This document shows positions 35,410 to 43,552 of a DNA stretch of 64,000 nucleotides, in pieces. The notes beneath the pieces were generated by a model. It had not been told where the DNA came from and did no database searches. It saw only the letters and a program-made list of their open reading frames with translations. Numbering within the stretch: the first letter of the stretch is position 1; every line of letters starts with the position of its first letter. The stretch is from NCBI GenBank assembly GCA_944324555.1, contig CALUWU010000038.1:171-64170 (forward strand), read 5' to 3'. The stretch is from an uncultured Desulfovibrio sp. (lineage in GTDB: Bacteria; Desulfobacterota; Desulfovibrionia; Desulfovibrionales; Desulfovibrionaceae). Both the position numbers and the translations under genes were made by a program.

Positions 35410-38400
35410 GTGTAGACGATCCTTTCCGGCAGGGAGGAAGGCTCCTTGTCCTTGGCTTCGAGTATGGCGGCGGAGTTGTCGGGCAGCAGACGCACGGTCA
35501 GGCTCGTGACGGAGAGATCGGCGAGCTTCCGCGCCGCGTCGGGGAAGTCCTCGGGCGTAAAGGTATGCTCGCCGTACTGGAAATCGCGCAGGAAGGCGAT
35601 GAAGTCAGGATAGACGTATCTGGCTTCAACGTCGGGGAAGCGCAGCACGATGCCCGCGGCGGCGCACTGGGATGGCGCGTAGCGAATGCGGCCCGAACGC
35701 GGATAGTTGTTGTTGACGAGGCGCTGGGGAGCGTCGCTGCATTGCAGATAGAATTCCGTGCTGTCCGGGCGCTGCGCGGCTTCCCGGTTGAGAATCGTCG
35801 GCTGCGAACGCAGAAGAACGTCGTAGGCGTCCTTCGGCGGCGCGGCGGCCACGGCCTCGGCCCGGGAAATGGACGCGAGAAAGTCCGTCGTGAAGGGGAA
35901 GGGCGTTCCCTCCCAGAAGGCGGCCGCCGGAGCGGCGTCCTGACGCCGGATCAGCGGCGCGAGCGTCTGCGAGAGGAAGCGCGATACCACGCCTTCCCTG
36001 CCGTAGAGATGGTCGAGGTTGTTCCCCTCGTACAGGGCCGCCGGGCTGCTGAGCACCTCGTTTTCCCATTTGTGCTGCACGGCCGCGGCCGCCTGCACGG
36101 TGACGCCCTGACGCAGGCAGTCGAGCAGATCCGCGAGCAGGAGGCGGCTGACGCCGTGGGGCGCGGCCAGGGGCTGAACGACGTCCTTGACGGCTTTTTC
36201 GGCGTTCGTATAGGGGCTTTCCGCAGGCGCGTCCTTGGGGTTGGCAAAATGCTCCTGCGCCAGCGTCAGCGAGCGGGTCCGGCTGCTCATGACGCGCAGC
36301 AGTTCCGCGCAACTGTGCATGTACCGCCGCAGGCCCATGGCGGCTTCCAGCGACTGCCGCAGGTGATCCATGTCGCGGGTGACGTCGCGCAGGGCCGCCA
36401 GCAGTTCCGGCGAGTCCAGAGAAATGGAGAGTATGCCGCGCCAGGCCGGAACCTTCTCGCTCTGCGGGTCAGCAAGGGCGATGTCGCACATGACCTGAAG
36501 CAGGAGCGCGTCCTGAATCCAGGGCGAGAGGGTCGTCCCCGTCTTTCTGGCATAGCGCGAGAGCGGCAGCAGCTCGCCGCCCATGCGGCGCAGAAGGCGG
36601 ACGTGCGGCAGGGAGGCGACGGCGCCTTCGGAACCCATGACGGCAAATATCTCGCTCTGCTGCAGGTTGCTCCAGCCCTGCCCGAAGGTGGTCGCGAATT
36701 CGCGCCACGCGCGTTCATAGCGGCGCAGATATTCGTGCCTGAACGCTTCCATGCTCTGGCGCATGCCCGGATTGTTGCCGCTGATGGTCAGAATATCGTT
36801 GAGAGCGTCCTCAACGACGTCGTAGCCGCGCGCGGTATAGGCCGGAGCGACGCAGACGTCCTTTTCGCCGCTCAGGGGCGTTTCCGGCCAGAATTGCGAC
36901 AGGCAGACGCGGGCGGCGGGCAGGCTGGCGTTGACGCCCTGCTCCACGTCGTCCAGCAGGGACGCGCCGTCGCGGGTAACGGCCCGTTCCAGCAGGGAGC
37001 GCACGCCCGCGGCCAGCGCGTCCTGCATTTCTCCCGCGGGCATCCAGTCCAGCGCGAAGAGATAGAGCTGGGCGGAGAGCATGTTCCAGTCTTCATAGGC
37101 GCCGACTACCGGAAAGACTTCCATGCGGGCCGATTCCTCGATGGTGCCGGTACGGAGCTTTTCGGAAATGACGTCGCAGAGCCAGCCGATCAGCAGGGCC
37201 GTGTCGCGGCTTTGCCCCTTGTTCTGCGCGGTGACGGGCTGGGCGAGCTGATGCAGCAGGCGGGCGCGCAGGGGCGCCATGACGGAAGCGTAGGTCTGTT
37301 CCACGAAACGCATCTTGCTCTGGCGTTCCGCGCGTTCCAGCATGTTCAGGCCGAGCGTGGGCAGCAGCCAGTTCTTGCGGGCCTTTTCCAGTTGCAGCGC
37401 ATAGAGCATTTCCGCATAGAGCTTCTGGAGCCGTTCGTCGTGGGATATCTTGTCCGTGCGGGGCGGCGGCAGCGTCAGGACGTTGCGCTGATAGACCGTG
37501 TTCGCCGTGAGCAGGCCGCAGAGGAAGAGGGTCAGCAGCAGCCAGGCGCCCAGCATCCAGAGTCGCGTGGAGGCGAAGAAGGGCAGGCCTCCGCCCAGGG
37601 GGCGGGAGTAGCCCTGCGACGGCAGCAGACTGGAAAAATAGGGCTGAACGAAGGGCGTCGGGCCGCCCTGATCGGGGAGCGGCGCGCCAAAGCAGAAATG
37701 CACGCCGCGCAGGGGAACAAACGCCTGATGGGCGACGGGCGCGCACAGGGGAGCCAGCAGGCGCGTGAGACGGGGGCCGAGATCCCGCAGCTCGCGCAGG
37801 GCGCGCAGGGAGTCGCCCTGAGGAGGAACGCCGTCCGCGGCCTGCGCCATCAGCCCGCGTTCCAGCGCGTCGGCGGCGCGTTCCGCGGCATGGGGAAGGT
37901 CCGCTTCCGGGTCCTGAAGCACCAGCCCCGGCGTCTGCTCCCGCATGGCGGGCGGCAGCAGCCGCATCAGGGCGTCCATGCCCGACAGGGACTCAAGATC
38001 GCGCACCAGCACGAAGACCGGGCAGGCGCGCCGGCGGCCGAGCAGAAACTGCTGCACCCTGTTGGCCATGCTCATGCCGCGCGCGGGCAGGGTATCCTCT
38101 CCCGCCGCGAGCAGCTCGCGCGCCGAAACGATCAGCGTCAGTCCCTGAAAGGGGCAGCCGCCGCGCTGCGACGCCGCCAGTTCCAGCAGGGCGCTCCAGT
38201 CCTGCGCGTCGTTTTCGCGCGCGGCGTACTCCAGCGCCACCGAAGAACGCAGAAAGTGCCAGCGCAGGGGCGCGCCGTCGCCGTCGGGAACGGTTCTGCC
38301 CGCGCCCTGAAAGATCGAGGGGCCGTCGTCCAGCGCCAGCGCGAGGAACCAGGGCTGGCTGAAGCGCAGTGTCTGCTGGAAGCGCGCGGGCGACGCGGCC

Positions 38401-38696
38401 ATGAGCTGCGCGCCCTGACGCCAGGCGTCCGCCAGGCCGCCCGCGACGGGCGCGTTCAGGGTCAGCGTCTGCTGTTCGTCCAGAACCTTGCGGATGAAGA
38501 TTTTCTTGTTGCTCCAGCGCAGGGCCGCGCGCACGGCGAAAATCAGGGCCGCCAGGGCCGCCAGCCCCAGCAGCACGACGGCGCCCGTGGCCAGCGGCCA
38601 GCGCATCCACCACGCCAGAGCCGTCAGCAGGCCCAGCGCCAGCGCCGCCAGCGCCAGCCAGAGCAGTCCTTTCACTATCTTCCCCAATGCCTGCAT
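35403..38696 (-). CDS. tssM: T6SS membrane complex TssM (IcmF), divergent
   Basis: Two N-terminal TM helices, QPWFL, CPVFVLVRDLESLSG, LRGVHF, third TM helix, VAPAYTARG; follows tssL. Confidence 0.8.
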   Translation of the reverse strand: MQALGKIVKGLLWLALAALALGLLTALAWWMRWPLATGAVVLLGLAALAALIFAVRAALRWSNKKIFIRKVLDEQQTLTLNAPVAGGLADAWRQGAQLMAASPARFQQTLRFSQPWFLALALDDGPSIFQGAGRTVPDGDGAPLRWHFLRSSVALEYAARENDAQDWSALLELAASQRGGCPFQGLTLIVSARELLAAGEDTLPARGMSMANRVQQFLLGRRRACPVFVLVRDLESLSGMDALMRLLPPAMREQTPGLVLQDPEADLPHAAERAADALERGLMAQAADGVPPQGDSLRALRELRDLGPRLTRLLAPLCAPVAHQAFVPLRGVHFCFGAPLPDQGGPTPFVQPYFSSLLPSQGYSRPLGGGLPFFASTRLWMLGAWLLLTLFLCGLLTANTVYQRNVLTLPPPRTDKISHDERLQKLYAEMLYALQLEKARKNWLLPTLGLNMLERAERQSKMRFVEQTYASVMAPLRARLLHQLAQPVTAQNKGQSRDTALLIGWLCDVISEKLRTGTIEESARMEVFPVVGAYEDWNMLSAQLYLFALDWMPAGEMQDALAAGVRSLLERAVTRDGASLLDDVEQGVNASLPAARVCLSQFWPETPLSGEKDVCVAPAYTARGYDVVEDALNDILTISGNNPGMRQSMEAFRHEYLRRYERAWREFATTFGQGWSNLQQSEIFAVMGSEGAVASLPHVRLLRRMGGELLPLSRYARKTGTTLSPWIQDALLLQVMCDIALADPQSEKVPAWRGILSISLDSPELLAALRDVTRDMDHLRQSLEAAMGLRRYMHSCAELLRVMSSRTRSLTLAQEHFANPKDAPAESPYTNAEKAVKDVVQPLAAPHGVSRLLLADLLDCLRQGVTVQAAAAVQHKWENEVLSSPAALYEGNNLDHLYGREGVVSRFLSQTLAPLIRRQDAAPAAAFWEGTPFPFTTDFLASISRAEAVAAAPPKDAYDVLLRSQPTILNREAAQRPDSTEFYLQCSDAPQRLVNNNYPRSGRIRYAPSQCAAAGIVLRFPDVEARYVYPDFIAFLRDFQYGEHTFTPEDFPDAARKLADLSVTSLTVRLLPDNSAAILEAKDKEPSSLPERIVYTW

Positions 38697-38805
38697 ATTC
38701 TGTTTGTCCTTGCGCGTTGTGGGCGGCTTTTATACGTCGTCGTTCTTTCTTTTCAAGGAGGAGCGGGAAGCGTCGCCGGTCGGAGACTCCTTCCCGGCGG
38801 ATGCG

Positions 38806-39606
38806 TCAAAATCGGGGCAGCGGAAGATCGGCCAGCGCCGCCGCGCAGAGCGCGCCGAACAGCAGCACGATCACGGGCGGCAGAAGGATATAGAGCGCCT
38901 TTTCCAGCGCGGCCGCGATAAACGGCGTCGCCGCGCGGGGCGGCGGCAGGGGGGAGGCTTCCGGGGGCGCGTCGCGCAGGAGCAGGGCGCAGGCCGCCTT
39001 GCGGCAGCGCGACAGGATTTCAGGGTATTCGCGCAACATGCCGCTGAAGCCGTAGAGCAGGCAGAGCGCGTACGTTTGCACGGTCGCGGTCGCAAGTTCG
39101 TCGCCGCCGTGCAGGACAAAGGCCTCCAGCGCCCGGGGAATGTCGTCCATGTCCTCTTCGTCGGGCGAGGGGGACGGCGCGTCGCCCGAAGGGGGGACGG
39201 CGGCCTGGACGACGGCTTTCAGCCGGGCGAAAAAGTCCCGGCCGGCGGCGGTCGTCTCGCAATAGTGGTACTGGAGGCTGTAGGAAAGCCAGTCCGCCGC
39301 GTCGAGGCGGGCGCTTTGGAGGATCTGCTCGTCCACCCAGGCATAGACCGCGAAACGGGCGTTCTCGCAGGCCAGCCGCAGACGTCGCGCGGCTTCGTCG
39401 GGGGCGCCGGCCGCCTCGGGCAGAAGCAGGGAAGGGCTTTCGGAAGCGGCGCTTTCGACGGTCGGGAGCGGCCGGTTGCGTTCTTCGTCGGCCAGCGCCT
39501 TCAGGCGCTCGTGCACCTCCGGCAGCGGCAGGGCCAGCCCTTCGGGGGCGCTGCCGTAGTGCAGGGCTTCTGCCATGAGGCGGGAAAAACGGGGCAAAAA
39601 ATTCAT
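38806..39606 (-). CDS. tssL: T6SS TssL (DotU), no OmpA domain
   Basis: ARFAVYAWVDEQIL, SLQ...AGRDFFARL, YALCLLYGFSG, C-terminal TM helix. Confidence 0.88.
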   Translation of the reverse strand: MNFLPRFSRLMAEALHYGSAPEGLALPLPEVHERLKALADEERNRPLPTVESAASESPSLLLPEAAGAPDEAARRLRLACENARFAVYAWVDEQILQSARLDAADWLSYSLQYHYCETTAAGRDFFARLKAVVQAAVPPSGDAPSPSPDEEDMDDIPRALEAFVLHGGDELATATVQTYALCLLYGFSGMLREYPEILSRCRKAACALLLRDAPPEASPLPPPRAATPFIAAALEKALYILLPPVIVLLFGALCAAALADLPLPRF

Positions 39607-39633
39607 GCGCTGTCCTGATGTCGGGGGAGAGCG

Positions 39634-41019
39634 TTAGCGCTGGATCACGGCCAGCACGATGGAAAGATCCTCGGGGGGATTGGGAAGCGTAAGGGCAAGA
39701 TTGCCCTGCTGCATGATTTTTCGCCAGAGGGGATCGTTCTGATCGATGGTGAAGTAGAGCGTGTCCGTCCGCAGGGGCAGGCCCGCGGGCGGCTGGGCGG
39801 AGTGGCGCAGGCGCACGCCGGGCAGCGCCTGGGCGACAATGCCGTCGAGGTTTTCGGTCGGGGCCAGCTTGGCAAGGCGTTCCATGCGTTCGGCAAGCCC
39901 TTCGGCGCGGGTTGTGCGGACCAGCAGCCAGTAACTGTAGACGCCGGCGCGGGCGCTCTGGGGCATGACGACGCCCAGCCTGTCGGGGCGCCCCTGCGTT
40001 TCCAGGGGAAAGGTAAAGGCCGGGCCGATGACGAAGGTATCCACAAGGCGCGCGATGATGTCGCAGGCGGCCCGGAAGCAGCGCTGCAGATTTTCATGAT
40101 CGTAGGGCGGCAGGGCGCGGGTTCCCTGCGGCGTTTCGCCCAGGGCCGAAAGGGTGGCGGAAAAGACGGACAGCTCCCCGACCAGGCGGCAGAGAGCCCG
40201 GTACACAGGCCACGGATGAATGGACGGCGCGTCGAGAAACTGCTCCAGTTCGGGCGCGTTGCGGCTGAGCACGCCGAGCACGCTGAACAGGGTGACGCCG
40301 TGCAGGGACGAAACGCCGGAGACGCCCGCGTCGCCCGCGATAATCTTGTATTCCGCAAGCTGGCGGCTGCGCGACAGCAGGGTGTCGCGCACGTCGTGCA
40401 GCAGGCGGCGCAGCTCGGGCGCGGCGTTGATATCCACGCAGGGAGGCGTAAAGGACGGGTCGAGGCGGACGCGCTCGCCGTCGCGGCAAAGCCGGGCCAG
40501 CGGAAAGCGCGGCAGATCGGGGCAGTCGTCCGGAGAGAAGCAGAGACGCAGGTTGAAGCGCAGGACGCCGACGTCCGCGTCCGGCCCGTCGCCCAGAAGA
40601 TCGGGAACGACGTCCGGCGTCAGGGGCGACGTGTAGCGGAAGGTTTCGGGAGCGCCGGCGGGGTCGTCGGTCCGCAGGACGTTGTTGCCCTGTTCGCGGA
40701 ATCCGGCCAGGGCCAGATAGACCGTCAGGGGTTCTTCCGGCACGGTCCAGGCGGAAAGAAAGGAGGTCGGCGGCAGGGTGGCGCTGTCGGGCAGGACGGC
40801 CCATTCGCCGGAATGGAGCAGCAGTTCCAGCCGGGTCGCCTCGAAAACGCCGTTGTTCAGGGCGTCCTCGTTGACGGTCAGGCGGCGCACGCCCCAGAGA
40901 TAGGGATTCAGCAGGGAAATCATGCGGGCGAGGGTCGAGACCTGCTGCCTGTGCGCGATCTGAAAGTGCTGCGGCTGGAGAAAGAGACCATGTTCCCAGA
41001 AGATGGGCTTATCGTGCAC
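39634..41019 (-). CDS. tssK: T6SS baseplate TssK
   Basis: IFWEHGLFLQPQHFQ, WGV, YDHENL, ALPGVRL, PPAGLP. Confidence 0.93.
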   Translation of the reverse strand: MHDKPIFWEHGLFLQPQHFQIAHRQQVSTLARMISLLNPYLWGVRRLTVNEDALNNGVFEATRLELLLHSGEWAVLPDSATLPPTSFLSAWTVPEEPLTVYLALAGFREQGNNVLRTDDPAGAPETFRYTSPLTPDVVPDLLGDGPDADVGVLRFNLRLCFSPDDCPDLPRFPLARLCRDGERVRLDPSFTPPCVDINAAPELRRLLHDVRDTLLSRSRQLAEYKIIAGDAGVSGVSSLHGVTLFSVLGVLSRNAPELEQFLDAPSIHPWPVYRALCRLVGELSVFSATLSALGETPQGTRALPPYDHENLQRCFRAACDIIARLVDTFVIGPAFTFPLETQGRPDRLGVVMPQSARAGVYSYWLLVRTTRAEGLAERMERLAKLAPTENLDGIVAQALPGVRLRHSAQPPAGLPLRTDTLYFTIDQNDPLWRKIMQQGNLALTLPNPPEDLSIVLAVIQR

Positions 41020-41611
41020 GTTCGGCTCCTGTGACGCTGAGAGAGCTTTCCCCGAGACGGATCAGCGCCTGCACCGGGGCGGCGTTGTAAAGGGTCGTTC
41101 GGAAAAGGACGCCTTCCGTGGTCGCGTGCAGGGGAAAGGGAAGCACTGCGGCGCACTGATCCGGGCGGAGGTGGGCGTAGCCCGCCACGACGCCAAGGTA
41201 GCGGGCGTGTTCGGCGCGATCCATGACGAGATCCTGGGTCGCGCCGGGCTGGAGCTGAAACAGGCGGGCGCTTTGCGCCTGCGCCGCTTCGGGGCGGCAC
41301 TGGAGAAGCTCGTCCAGCCCTTCCGGGGCGGCGCTCTTGTTCTCGAACACGGCGTAATCCTGAAGCTGATAGAGGCAGAGCGTCAGCCCCAGGGCCGTGT
41401 TCTTGTCCAGATTGAGATCGGGGGAGGCCTCGATACGGCAGCGCAGCCCGCCGGGTTCCAGATTCCACGTCACGTCGGAGGGATTTTCCACCGCCGCGGG
41501 CGGCAGTTGGGCGGGCGCGGGCGCTTCGCCGGCGCAGGCCGCCAGAAGCAGCGCGCAGGCAAGGGCGGCGGCGCGAAGGCGTCGCGCGGTATGGCGGCGC
41601 GGGCTAGCCAA
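41009..41611 (-). CDS. tssJ: T6SS lipoprotein TssJ
   Basis: Lipobox LLAAC, ASPDLN, LYQL, QPG, ARYLGVVAGY; start codon uncertain (TTG). Confidence 0.85.
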   Translation of the reverse strand: MASPRRHTARRLRAAALACALLLAACAGEAPAPAQLPPAAVENPSDVTWNLEPGGLRCRIEASPDLNLDKNTALGLTLCLYQLQDYAVFENKSAAPEGLDELLQCRPEAAQAQSARLFQLQPGATQDLVMDRAEHARYLGVVAGYAHLRPDQCAAVLPFPLHATTEGVLFRTTLYNAAPVQALIRLGESSLSVTGAERAR

Positions 41612-42005
41612 TCTGTACCTTCATTTGCGCGGCCATGCTGCACATGCCCGTGGTATTGCCCTGATTGTGCTTGGTACTCGCGCCCTGGGAGACGGCGGCC
41701 TTGCCTTCCAGAGAAACCTTTTGCGACCCCTTGGTGAATTCGCCCTTGCCGATGAATCTTCCCGAGGCCGAACCGCCGTTGACGCCCGCTTCGTCGCCGT
41801 TGGAGAGCGCGGTCGCCGACTTGACGTGCAGGGCCGGAGCTCCGTCGATGAAGACCTTGGAACAGGCCGTGTTGGGCGTGACCATGGAACACTGGAAAAT
41901 ATTGACGTAGGGCGTCGGCACGGGGGCGCCGGGGGGAGCGGGCGTCAGACAGACGTCCGGCGGCGTGCTCATGCAGACGCCGCCCTTGAGCGTGAGGGCA
42001 AACAT
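41604..42005 (-). CDS. DUF4150 PAAR-like spike tip protein (TagD-like)
   Basis: PDVCLTP..PVPTPYVN, SNGDEAG..GG..SG, GSQKVSLEG. Confidence 0.9.
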   Translation of the reverse strand: MFALTLKGGVCMSTPPDVCLTPAPPGAPVPTPYVNIFQCSMVTPNTACSKVFIDGAPALHVKSATALSNGDEAGVNGGSASGRFIGKGEFTKGSQKVSLEGKAAVSQGASTKHNQGNTTGMCSMAAQMKVQIG

Positions 42006-42008
42006 GAT

Positions 42009-42602
42009 CTAGCCCACCTTGATATGACGGCCGTCGATATCGACCTGTTCGGCGGCGCGGATATCGGCATGTTCGGCGCGCAGGCGATAGGACGCGCGCG
42101 CTTCGCTGCGGACGCGGCCGGCCGCGCGATGGGCAAGATCGGCGACTTCCTCATCAAGGGCGCCGTAGCGGCCCGAGCGCCGCAGGGCGCATTCCTTCAG
42201 GGTGCGGCACAGCGTCCGCACGACGGCAAAGCCCTGAAGGAGCATGCGTCCGCCCAGCGTCAGCAGCCCCGCCTGAACCTCGACCTCGCGGCCGGACAGC
42301 CGGAGCCTTGCGGCGCGCAGCGCCAGATCCTCGCCGCACAGCCGGGCGCGCGCGGGCACGCGCAGCTCGCCGGGCGCGTCGGGGTTCGCCCGGCGCAGCA
42401 CGCTGACGACCCAGGCGCCGCCGTCGTCGGGAAGCGCCAGCAGGACGGAATCCCTGACTTCAGGCAGGAGAAGGCAGCCTTCCGCCCGGCGGGCGCGGAC
42501 AAGACCGAAGGCGCCGGCCACCAGCAGCGCGTCGCCGTCGCGCGCCTGCACGGTGCCGCAGGTCAGGCCGCCGCCGTTATAGATCTGTGCAAGAGCTTCC
42601 AT
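42009..42602 (-). CDS. DUF3540 protein (TagC-like)
   Basis: ARRAEGCLLLPEVRDSVL, VSVLRR, C-terminal VDIDGRHIKVG. Confidence 0.85.
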   Translation of the reverse strand: MEALAQIYNGGGLTCGTVQARDGDALLVAGAFGLVRARRAEGCLLLPEVRDSVLLALPDDGGAWVVSVLRRANPDAPGELRVPARARLCGEDLALRAARLRLSGREVEVQAGLLTLGGRMLLQGFAVVRTLCRTLKECALRRSGRYGALDEEVADLAHRAAGRVRSEARASYRLRAEHADIRAAEQVDIDGRHIKVG

Positions 42603-42616
42603 GCCTGTATCCTTCG

Positions 42617-43507
42617 CTATGCTGAAAATTGTTCGGCCCGGAGGCGTTCCGGATCGGTGGGGCGGGCGCCTTCCATGCGCGCGCCGCGCGTCGAGCAGCC
42701 GTCCAGCCGCGCGGCGTGGAGATCGGCCAGACGCAGATCGGCGTCGCGAAGATCGGCGTTGCGGGCGTTGACGTGGGACAGATCGGCCATATGCAGGATA
42801 ATGCCGGGCAGGGCGGCGCCTTCAAGATCGGCGCCCGCCAGAACGGCCTGTTCGGCGTTCACATGTTCCCAGCGGGCGGCCCGCAGGCGGGCTCCGGCAA
42901 GGTGCGCCTGTTTCAGGGTGCAGTCCCGCAGGAGGCTTCCCGACAGATCGCTGTCCATCAGTCCGGCCCTGTCCAGACGGCAGCGGGTGAAGCGCGCGCC
43001 GTTCAGATTCGTTCGCATGGCGACAATCTGGGAAAAATCGCAGTCTTCGGCCTCCAGGGCCGCGCAGGCGCAGCCTTGCAGCACAAGGAGTATAGCGGCG
43101 ACGCGATGGAAGCGCAAGGCGGAGAGGTCGCAGTCGAGGCAATGCAGCATTTCGGCGGCGCAGTCTTCCAGCGGCGGCAGGCCGGAAAGGCGGCGCAGCG
43201 TCGCCCGCGAAAGGTTCGCGCCGGGCCAGCGCGCGTCCTCAACGACGCATTCCAGCAGAAAGGCCCGTTCCAGATCGGCCCTGTCCAGCCGGACGCCCCG
43301 GAAGGCCGTCCGGGAAAAGGACGCGGCCCGCAGCCGGGCGTCGCGGAAGGAGCAGTCCTCGATCCGCGCGTCGTCGAAGACGGCGTCCGCAAGGTTCGCG
43401 CCGTCAAGGCGGCAGCCGCGCAGACGGGCGCGGGTAAAGTCCGCATTGGCCAGATCCGCGCCGCTCCAGTCCCGGTTTTCCACGACGGCGTCCGTAAAGT
43501 TATGCAT
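42617..43507 (-). CDS. Pentapeptide repeat protein (TagB-like)
   Basis: A(D/N/R)Lxx repeats throughout; SD caggag before ATG 43507. Confidence 0.9.
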   Translation of the reverse strand: MHNFTDAVVENRDWSGADLANADFTRARLRGCRLDGANLADAVFDDARIEDCSFRDARLRAASFSRTAFRGVRLDRADLERAFLLECVVEDARWPGANLSRATLRRLSGLPPLEDCAAEMLHCLDCDLSALRFHRVAAILLVLQGCACAALEAEDCDFSQIVAMRTNLNGARFTRCRLDRAGLMDSDLSGSLLRDCTLKQAHLAGARLRAARWEHVNAEQAVLAGADLEGAALPGIILHMADLSHVNARNADLRDADLRLADLHAARLDGCSTRGARMEGARPTDPERLRAEQFSA

Positions 43508-43552
43508 GGCGTGCTCCTGATGTGCGTCAAGGGGGCCGGCGTTCCGCAAGGA

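Noticed and set aside
35565..38921. 1118-aa plus-strand ORF, and similar long antisense ORFs (16735-19566, 24355-26409, 41397-43520, 48946-50877, 56537-59161)
   Set aside because: Each mirrors well-supported genes on the opposite strand and has no recognisable domain
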